From: Epiperipatus broadwayi
Lineage: Eukaryota; Animalia; Onychophora
Direction: 5' to 3'
NCBI GenBank assembly: GCA_028023455.1
Contig: JAQFVV010000010.1
Coordinates: forward strand, 15,500,001-15,564,000
DNA: 64,000 nt
Each line of letters starts with the position of its first letter. Position 1 is the stretch's first letter. Of the stretch, positions 28,641-39,014 are shown piece after piece. The notes beneath the pieces were generated by a model. The model ran no database searches. It had not been told where the DNA came from and saw only the letters and a program-made list of their open reading frames with translations. The translations under genes were made by a program, and so were the position numbers.

Positions 28641-29133
28641 CTAAGAGCACTGCACCTAGATCGTAATAAGATCTATTGCATCCCTCCAGCAGCTACCTTT
28701 TATCTCAATTACAAAACTGAGTTTAAAATTTGACTAGATGTTAGGATTTAGTGCAACCCTCCAGCAGCCATCTTTTATCTCAACTTAACTACAAAACTAT
28801 GAGTCTAAAACTGAAAACATATTTTCAATCCAAGCTCATTAGTTTATATAGTCATATAGGTCTGAACTCAACTTGAGCAAGCATAAGAAGTGGTGAGCAT
28901 GAGTGTTTAGTGGTTTAATACTAATCCTGCTAATAGGATAGTGGTGGCTGTGGTTATCACCAAAATGTATGGGTACTAAACTGAGTTTAGATCTATATGA
29001 CTATATAAGCTAATGAGCTTGGATTGAAAATATGTTTTCAATTTTAGACTCTTAGTTTTATAGTTAAGTAGTAATAAAAGGTGGCTGTTGGAAGGTTGCA
29101 TTAGATCCTAAGATCTAGGTGCAGTGCTCTCGG

Positions 29134-29192
29134 ATCCAAGACTCCTCACTGACGAAAGCCACAAGCTAGAAATTAGTCTGGGAATATTGGAT
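29134..29192 (+). ncRNA. Type-I hammerhead motif, family 1 (right arm)
   Basis: AUCCAA GAC UCCUCA CUGACGA A AGC-CACAA-GCU A GAAA UUAGUC/UGGGA AUA UUGGAU; core at 29149-29155, GAAA at 29169-29172, predicted cleavage after 29178. Confidence 0.8.
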
Positions 29193-30687
29193 GAGTAGGC
29201 ACTAGATAGGGATTTTATGCACAAACCTTCTGGCATCCATTGATTACTCTGGTTTGCACTGAGTGTCATTACTGCATAGAGAGTTTTGCCTGTTTTAATA
29301 TATAAACTGATTGGACAATAATAAAATAATATTTGAGCATATACTCTTTAAATAATATTTTTCCTTTTGGCTATTTTCAAATCATAGGTCTTTTTCAAAT
29401 AATAGTTCACAAAATTCAACAACTTCTTGCTTTCTCCCCATTCTTTCTAAATTGAAATCCTCTGTAAAAATTGATCCGATTTACTTTTAAAAAATGTTTT
29501 GCATCAATTCTGAGCAATAATTTGGGGTTGCAATCGATTTTTTTTTTGGGTCAGTGCTTTCAAAAAATTTAATGGAATTTTATTAGTTTTATATTTACAA
29601 TTGTAAATTGTATATGATAGTTTTGCAAGAATTCTTATTGTTAATTTACATTTCTTTATTTTTGTTTTGACATAGAAATATTTTAATATAAAAATAAGAC
29701 TATTTTCTACTTTTCATGGTAATTTTAACTTGAATATTTTTTTCAGCAGAATTACCTCCATGAAATCAAATTATGTCTCCATTTTTCTGAATCATTAACA
29801 TTTGTTTTATGTATAAACATTTACAATATTCATATTTTTCTTCAGGCCATAACAAATTTCTTATTGCAAAATATGTGTGTATATGTGAATAGAATATTTT
29901 TATGGATAAAACATATTTTTGCTTATGAGTTTTAATAAGAAGCTGTTTACTGTCTGCACTTAAATTCTCTTGAAAAGGAAATTGATTTGCTGTATTTTCC
30001 ATTGCATGTTTTGAAATTAGCCAGAAGTAAATATAGTTAATTTTTATTGTATTATTTTCATAGAATTTAGATAAGAGAATTTCTGGGTGACTTTTAAATA
30101 CCTAATAAAAGAAATATAGCATTTTTTATCAAGAGGATTTAACTAAAGACAGTTATTATTAGTTCAAATAAGTTTCTATCATATATACAGAATGCTGTTT
30201 CAATTTTTGAATTTTCATCTTTTAATTTACAAAATTATGAATATTAGGTTTATTTAGGATACATATTTTTACACAGAAGAAAACATTGAGATATGAACAC
30301 CATATGTGTATACACAAATTTATGAGCTTTGTAGAATCATTGTTTCATCTTTGCAAGAATTTTCTTAAATATAATTATTATTTAGAAATATAAACTTTTA
30401 TAAAATGATTTGATTCTTAGAACTTTTATTATCTTGTCTTAATATTTTATACAGATTTTGAAAGTTTCTCTAAGATCCAACTATGTCCACATTATCCACC
30501 TTTTTTTTTTTTTTATCTCCACTGGTTAGAACTATCTTCAATTCCGATTTTTAGATCTTATGTAAAATTTTTATATTAATGAATTTATTTTTTAAAATGC
30601 TGCGTTACTTAATCATTCTGGATTAGTAATATTACCAAATTCACCACTTTCTTTATTTTGCAGTAATATCTTATATCTTATATAAAT

Positions 30688-31935
30688 GCAATTTATCCAC
30701 CCTACTTCAAAATCTTTTATTACACACATATGCATACACAATCTTGTGTTTCAATTGCCCTGCAGTCTTCTTCAGAGCTATGATATAATGAACAAAATAA
30801 AATACATAACCATATAAATAATATCATTAAAAATGTAAACAAAGTTAATAAAATAATAAAAAAATTATGTAAAATATAATAAAACAAATAAATATAATCA
30901 AACCCAAATAAAATAATCCAGTTATTATAAAATAAAATATACAATATAAAAGAAATATAAATTATACGTGTGTATTCCTGATTGTATATATACCTATTTA
31001 TAAACAACTTAATATAAATATATTATTTTTAATAATCTCCTAATTACTTCTATTATAGACTTAAAACTTTAGTTTTATTAGCTCGCTCTATCTTAATAAA
31101 ATACTTAATAATTTTATTTTCATATAATTCTCAGTTCAACCTCGATTCATTTATTAATATTCTTTTTAATTTTTAAATCTTATAATATTTATTGTTTTGT
31201 TATTCATTCTTCTGTTATATTTTATATTTATCTTTTTTTTAATATATAAAGTATTAATAACAGAAAAATAAATAAAAAAATAATAGATATTATATGATTT
31301 AAAAATTAAAAAAAATATTAATAAATGAATTAAGGTTGAACTGAGAATTATATGAAAATAAAATTAAGTATTTTATTAAGGTAAAGCTAATAAAACTAAT
31401 GTTTAAGTTTATAATAGAAGTAATTAGGAGATTATTAAAAATACTAAAAATGAATACTATATTTATATTAAAAGGTGTTAGGTGTTCATAAATATGTATA
31501 TATACAGTCAGGAATACATGTGTATATTTTACTTTATATTAACTGGATTATTTTATTTGGGTTTCATTATATTTATTTCAGTTTTATTATGTTTTGTTGT
31601 ATTTTTTTATTTATTGTTTACATTTTTTATGGTATTATTTATATGGTTATGTATTTTATTTTGTTCATTATATCATAGCTTAGAAGAAGGCTGTAGGACA
31701 GTCGAAATGTAAGATTGTGTATACATATATGTGCAATAAAAGGTTTTTTTGCTAAAAAGTATTTGAAGTATAATGGATAAATTGCTGGATTAGTAAGTAA
31801 ATGAATCATAGCTCTGAAGAAGACTGCAGGATAGTCGAAATGTAAGATTGTGTATGCATATGTATGCAATAAAAGGTTTTTTTGCTAAAAAGTGTTTGAA
31901 GTAGAATGGATAAATTGCTGAATGTAAGTGAATAT
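30688..31935 (+). mobile_element. ~1.1-kb palindrome with a tandemly duplicated HHR-containing end (family 2, Penelope-type termini)
   Basis: 30688-31219 is the reverse complement of ~31258-31785. The terminal unit (HHR, AATAAA, gataaattgc) is repeated with a 133-bp period (catagct at 31674 and 31807). Confidence 0.88.
31807..31852 (+). ncRNA. Minimal type-I hammerhead motif, family 2 (best-preserved copy)
   Basis: CAUAGCU CUGAAGA A GACUG-CAGGA-UAGUC GAAA UGUA/AG A UUGUG; 5-bp helix II, helix III AUGU (ACGU with CpG decay), predicted cleavage after 31844. Degenerate copies at 31674-31719 (+, core UAGAAGA) and 30737-30782 (-). Confidence 0.7.
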
Positions 31936-34900
31936 AGATTACTTAAATAGACCACTGTTTATTAGTCAAACACATTTATTCATAACATGACAGTTTAATC
32001 TGATCACTTGACATTATAATATAACAATATAGTAAAATTGGGATTAAATTATGGGAAATATTAATAGCATTGCATTTAGCTATTGACTAGTTTATTCAGT
32101 TATTTCTAATAGACAAGGTACTGGACTGGAATCAATATTATTCAGATACAAAAATATGAAAACATTGGTAATCTTGTTTTAGTATGCATTGTCATTCTGC
32201 TCGATTAAAATTAGTTGCATTTTATTTAAAACTAAAATGTATAATTTTTGGTCTCCGTATGTACAAGTAGGTTAGAATTTTGTTTGGAATCAAACCTTGG
32301 AGCGTTGAAAGTTTTAATACAATTTGGTTTGTAAAATAAGAACAAATTAGTCATCTAGCTGGAAAAACTTGGAAATTAGTTTGGCATGCCATTAATGATC
32401 ATTTATGTAATCATCACTTACAATAAAGATTATGATCTCTTTATATATATATTGAGAATCTTTAAATGCTATATTTTTAAACTTTTCTTACAACTTTTTC
32501 GTACAAGTATATGTATTATACATATATACAAAGTGTATATGTTACTAAATATATATAGCTTAAGATGATTTATAAATTATGCTTGTGTACAGAGCATAAT
32601 TTATACATGCACAAAGTTTGAATATTAAGATAGCATAATAATGTAATATAAATATTTGACAATGTAAACTATGGAGTCAACAAAATTATTCCAATATGTG
32701 ATTTTTTTAAAAAAAGAATTTGATCAATGAGAGCATTAAGTAAGAAAATAAAATTATTACATATCCATATTTTTAATAAAAGTTATTTATGCATTTAAAA
32801 AAATTATTAAAAAAAAAAACAAAATATAGGTAAGCTTCAGTATGCATTTTCTTGCTGGTTTTTTTTTTTTGTCTTCTATTAAAAGATGGCCACTTAGGAT
32901 GCATTGCATTTAACACCAATGGGTTCACATGAAAAACATAATCACCTGGTTAATAAAAGCCATGATATCTGCTAAAATTTATTTTAATCCTTACTGTATA
33001 CATTGTATATCACTTGTATTAGCTGGCATTTTGTTAACTGTGATTAGAATAGAACACAGTTGTGTATTGAACTGCAAGTGTACAGACATATAGCAGACAC
33101 TTTTATATTTATAGTATCTTATATAAATTAAGATTGTAGTATAAAAAGTTAAAAGAATAATATAAATTGAGAGGACATATTTACATATAATAAAAAAAAA
33201 ATTATTTTTTTTTAAAAAAATAGCAAAATATTTGACTTTAATCGCAATTAAATATGTTATGGTCAATATTCTATTTTTTAAGATAACTTTTTTGGAAAAC
33301 TTATAGCAGTAGCGAAATTGTGCACATCAAATTTTAAAAAGATAACTGTAAAATAAAATTATGTGCTTTCAATATAAACAAAAGAAACATGATTGCATAC
33401 AGCACTCAGATGGAAAATCGGCTGCTGGGATATTGTAAAATTTATTTACAAATTTTTTGAACATACATAGTGCTCAGTAAGGAAAAATAGCTGCTTGTGT
33501 ATCGTACAATATATTAGATTTACAGATTTTAATGGGTTTTTTTTGTATTTTTATTTTTCTTAGTTTACATTTTTTATTGGATAGCATATAGTTGGAAGTT
33601 GTACATTTATATATATGCTAATATCACTTGACTAATTATGCTAATCATCTGTTCACTATAAATAGTAAGAGATTATGTACTATTAGTATATTCTCAAATG
33701 TATTTCATCATATAAGATTATTATAATGGTATAGAGGGGTGTACAATAATTGTTAAGTGAATATGAGCATGGAAAAGGAGCAAAGAATTAAATCAAGCAA
33801 ATACAAGTGATAAACATATGAGCAACTATCATTAACAATTGATAGCCATTCTTTGTGACTGGATTTAAAAAAGACTAAAGTTTTAAGCTAATCATCTAAC
33901 CAATGCTAAACTTGGGGCATAATATAAAAACAGTCAACATTTTTTGCTACGTGCTTGAGCAAGTGATAAAATAAAATCTGAGATGGCATCAATGCTCTGA
34001 ATCTTCAGGTAATCTTTAAATATGCCAACCATCAATAAAACTAATGGTAGTGGACTTTAAAGGTGACCATTATTTTGGTACCATCTAAATAATTCTACAG
34101 GGAACCCTATAGATATCCACAATTGTGTTAGTCTGAAGCTAGTTTTGGAATTGCATGAAACCTAGTGTCTAAGAGTAAATATAATACTTAAACTGTTATT
34201 GCTAAATAATTTCATTGAAATAACAATGATAATTGATAAATTTAATGATGAGAAAGAAATAATAAAAATGAAAAATCAGTTGTATTACAAAACATTTTGA
34301 TCTTGATTTACAAATATTAGAAAATATTTCTATAGACAGACAATTCGATATGTGTAATATTTAAATAGAAGTCTATACAATAGTAGATTATAGGCATATA
34401 TATATATATATGTAAGCACACATTTGTCTGAGTACCAAAATCTAATTAATTATCCCATATTACTCAAATAATAAAGGAATTGAGATATGTATATGCATAT
34501 AGATACAGTCTATGCATTATATTATAGATTTCATTAAATCTATAGACCAATATTCTTTCGTAAATAGTAAATATGGTAGTACTTGTATGATGAATATGTA
34601 CACAAATATTTCTTGTTCGCAATTTTTTTTAAAATTATTTAAATCTAATCGTTAATATACGTATTTCCAATTTCCTCGTTATGTTTGTAGAACAGATCTC
34701 GTATATGGACATGACTATTTTATCCTTCCATGTGTATCTAAAATAGTGTATAAATAAAATATTAGCACTGGAACTGAATGGTTACACTGGCTTGTAATGT
34801 AATTGCCAGAATGTCGTCCTATATAGCATAGATAAAGTAAATGCAGTTTCTATAAATTTCATGAGCTTTAGTCGGGCAACTGGTTTACTTTGCACATATT

Positions 34901-35685
34901 GAATTATGAAATTGTGGAAAAAATACTCTGCTCTAAGAGTTCAAACTCGATCAACATCCACACTCCAATAACTATCAGTTAATGTGAACCCACTTCTTAG
35001 AGCAGATATAGTGGGATATATAAAATGAATTAACGGTATTTTCATTTTGCATTAATAAAAACGATAATACCCAACTGTTGATGAAAACATCCACAGGAAA
35101 AGATTTTTTAAAAAAAATAGCTTTATTATTGTGTAGCATGCTTTCAATATAACATGTAAATCATTCATGGCTTACAGTAATATGACGAGTTCTTGGTAGT
35201 AATATATAAGTAGTAGTAACTAATTATCCATGACATTAAAATTTATTTAAATGCCCCACTTCTTTGATAGTGGTGTGCTTGTGTCTTCTATTGATTGAAA
35301 AACGGTCATTTGCTATTGGCCAAGCCTCTTAATTACTACTCAACATTAATACCAAGAACTCAAGTCACATTACTATAAGTCATGAATACGATACATGTTA
35401 TATCAAAAGCATGCTAGGCAGTAATACAGCTGAATATTAAAAAACAGCTTCTGTGGTTGGTTTCATTAATAGTGGTCTTTCATTAGCTCAGAACAGGAAA
35501 TTATTTCTAGTTGAATTAAAAATACTATAACTAAATAATTTACTCAAACGGAAAATGTTTTGATTAAAAAATTATTTATTAAAAAGTGAATTATAGAATT
35601 AACTTTGCAATGCAGATGTGTGTTACAATTGAACTATAGTGGTTGGCTATCTATATACCGAAAAATGATAATATATGTAAGAATG

Positions 35686-35740
35686 TGATCTGGGCCAATT
35701 GATGGACGTTGGTTCAGCATAAATATGTATCTTAGAGGAT
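35686..35740 (+). ncRNA. Decayed hammerhead relic, family 4 (copy A)
   Basis: tgatctgggccaa TTGATGG acgttg-gtt-cagcat -AAA tatgtat c ttag; homologous, including flanks (cttttcacatgt), to the minus-strand copy at 48757-48815. Confidence 0.45.
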
Positions 35741-36535
35741 GGTACATCTTTTTCACATGTCTTTGGATATGTTTATAATTGCAATTCTTCACAATGTATT
35801 AAAAGTGAATAGAAACCAATCCCTATTTTGCGTGAAAGTGGTGTAGTGAAAATTATATTACGGACATTCATTATTGGAGAATAATTTTACATATTTAGAA
35901 AACATTGATAAACAGTTTAGGTAAATTTAAAATAGATTGAATCTTTTAAGAAATTGTTTAAATTATTTGAGAAAAAAGAAACCATTATTTTGTAAAGTTG
36001 CAATTATTTTGGGAAAAGTTTTAATGTGGAAAGGAAAAAAAAGACTTCCATATAGAATATGGCATATTAAATACAACATTTAGCAGCAAACAGTGGAACA
36101 TAGATTCTTTTAATTGCAATTTGTAGAATTTTTAAAAAGTCTACCTCCAAATATAGGAATATACAGGAGCAATGATAACAAAGGAAATTGTAGAAAATTC
36201 TGTTTCATCATCATATAATAATATTTTTTTGTAAATTCTATAGATGTAGTTCATGTTTACTGAGGTAAAATATGCAGTTTTAAATATAAAAAAATGTAGT
36301 AACCATAGAAAGAGATGCAATAAGTGGAATGGTTTTAAAACTATTGATACTATTTACAATTAATCATCACTGGTTCTCAATTTTAAATTATTTAAAATAA
36401 GATATTGAAAGTTTACTGCATGTTTTGAATCTTATGGTAATAAATTGAATTTATATCATGGAAAATTATATATAAAATTTTGATTTACAATAATTCATTG
36501 ATGCATTGTACAGGCTTAAATATGTAATATATGCA

Positions 36536-36627
36536 GGATTCAAACTCAGACTTTCACACGACCAGGTGGGTCAGCAATATGAGATGGCACTGAGAGTAGT
36601 GGGCTGTGTGAAATGAGTTCGAATCCC
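36536..36627. repeat. Short imperfect inverted repeat ending in outward-facing B-box-like sequences
   Basis: ggattcaaactca..ctttcacacgacc versus ggctgtgtgaaa..tgagttcgaatcc. Confidence 0.55.
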
Positions 36628-37542
36628 AAATAATTCATTCAGTAAGTTTAACATGATAATCATAAAATGTAACAATTATTAAATGAAGTAATTCAAAAAT
36701 ATAATGAATATGAACTAAATAATGAAAGATTTTGGATTTTAAAAGAATTAAGTATGTTGTATTGAAATTTTAAAGAAAATAAGTAAAAATGCTTAATCAA
36801 TAAAGAGTATATGAAAGTGTTGAAGAATAAGTATCTTAAAAATAAACATTAATGCTTAACAAATTTATATTATCAGCAGATACAATGGGAAGAAAATTTA
36901 AAATGTAGGTAATTGAGCAAATAAAATGCTCTATACTTAAAAAGAAAATAATTCGGTGTTTTGTTTATGGTAGTAAAATATAAATTGTAACATGAAAGAT
37001 TATAAATAAAAGAGTATAGAACCACTTTGTTAGAAATAACAGGAAGAGAAATATTCTATTGCTATTTGTTAATCGGTAGCAAAGGTTTTGCTATCTTAAT
37101 TACCATAATTAAGACAGCAAAAGCTCTTGACTACTAATAAACAAATACCATGACCCATAATATAATTAATATTTCACTTTTGGATTACAAATAATTATTA
37201 ATCCTCTAATTAACCTTGGAAAATAAATTTGATGGTAAAATATTTAAAATTCATTTCGAGTTACCACTAAATTATAAAAACTTAATATTATTTAAAAGAA
37301 TGATTTTAAAAGTTACCTATTAATAACTTACCTATTAATAAATATTTCTTTTTAAATTGATGCTTATAAAATGTAAACTTGTGCACACCAATAATTTAAT
37401 GTATATATATATATGATGATTAAATATCAAATTTGTATTAATTTTAAATATGCTACCCTCTATTTTTCTCAACTATTCCTGTAAATTAGCATAAATGTAC
37501 ATGAAATATCTACCATGATTAAAGCTTTACATTAATCCATAG

Positions 37543-37774
37543 ATCCAGAATGCTATCGTAATTGGCTAAAATTACAGATTTATGGCATCTAAATTTGATA
37601 AAGTTAGAGCTTTTGGTACTTGCATATTGGACCTGCCCATGTTTGTGGTGACAGAATGAATGCCTTATTAAAAAGTCACAACTACGGCATTCTTCCGTCG
37701 CAAACACCACCACTCCCCACACTGGAGAAAGGAAGAACATTTTGCCATTGCAAACACAGCAGCAAGTCTAATAA
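37543..37774 (+). other. Possible exon of an unidentified + strand gene (maybe first coding exon, ATG at 37656)
   Basis: catag acceptor, gtaagt donor at 37775, locally higher GC; ATG frame gives MNALLKSHNYGILPSQTPPLPTLEKGRTFCHCKHSSKSN(K). No homolog recognised and no partner exon found. Confidence 0.3.
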
Positions 37775-38084
37775 GTAAGTATCAAACTTTTTTTAACTTT
37801 CACTAAAAGTAATCAAATAGTTTGTTACTTGAATTAGTAACTTTTTTATTTAATACAAATAGTGTAATTTTCTGATTATAAATTTTTACAGGGCTCATGC
37901 AGATTGCATATTTTTAAGATGCATAAATTAAAATTGTAGGTATATGCATAAAATAACAATCGCACACAAACGAATGTGGCCTATTCTAATTACATAAGAA
38001 AAATAAAGACTATTTAAAAGAGAGAATTGCTGTATGTATAAATAAAGTGAAATAATGTTTTAAGCTAATTGGGATAATTAGTAA

Positions 38085-38553
38085 CCATTAGACACTACCA
38101 GTAGCCACATAAACATTCACAATAAGGATAGTAATCGACATTTCTCACTGCTGTTACCCTTTTAATAGCAAGAATGGAAATCCATTCTTACTAATGGTCC
38201 ATTGAATATATATGGACATTTAAAGATTGCAACTTGACTACAGAGTATGAAATATTGATACAATGAAGTTTAAATAAGCCTCTTTAAACATGTCACTGTA
38301 ATGCAGACTAATAAATAGTCAATTATAACATTACAAACTGCAATACTTTTAAATTGCTTCGTTGTATCAATATTTCATACTCTGTAGTCAAGTTGCAATC
38401 TTTAAGTGTCCATATATATTCAATGGACCATTAGTAAGAGTGGATTTCCATTCTTGCTATTAAAAGGTGAGAAGGTTGCCTTGACAGCAGTGAGAAATAT
38501 TGATTACTATCCTTATTGTGAATGTTTATGTGGTTACTGGTGGTTTCTAATGG
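38085..38553. repeat. Near-perfect fold-back (arms ~185-195 bp, ~90-bp spacer)
   Basis: 38085-38268 is the reverse complement of 38358-38553 except for a ~13-bp indel and a few substitutions. Confidence 0.95.
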
Positions 38554-38836
38554 ATATAAATAAAGGTACAAATTAGTTGTTCAAACACTCATTCATTCTA
38601 TTGTATACTAAGATAAAAGAAAATGGAAAACAATGATTACTATAATTATAAATGGTAATTCTTAGTGAATTGATATATATTATGTTTTTTTAATTTTTTG
38701 ATTCCAAGAGCAGTACGCCAATTTTAGAAAATTTGAAATTAGACTTGAAACATTTTATACATATGGGTCGATGTCATTTTTGTTATAAAAATTATCTCGA
38801 AGACTACATCATACTATAATACCTAATATTGATTGC

Positions 38837-38936
38837 TTTTTTTTTTCATATGTGATAGCATCGGCCGGGATGCGAACCCACAACCAACTACTTGCTTGCA
38901 GGGCGGCTGCGATGACCTCTCAGCTAACCGCTTGAC
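38837..38936 (-). mobile_element. tRNA-derived SINE, copy 3, with poly(A) tail and TSD
   Basis: B-box GGTTCGCATCC on the minus strand; 11-bp direct repeat TAATATTGATT at 38824-38834 and 38937-38947. Confidence 0.85.
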
Positions 38937-39014
38937 TAATATTGATTACTTTCTATCTATTATAGCCAAGTAGGAATAACTGAAATTTAGGATAGACAAA
39001 ACATTTTAATAAAT

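Larger units (their letters stand above)
28435..29297 (-). mobile_element. Non-coding fold-back retroelement with hammerheads on both strands (family 1)
   Basis: Arms 28476-28870 and 28983-29298 are inverted copies; one-sided tail at 28435-28475; 12-bp direct repeat ATATATAAACTG at 28423-28434 and 29298-29309; internal duplication at 28677-28728 / 28752-28810. Confidence 0.9.
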
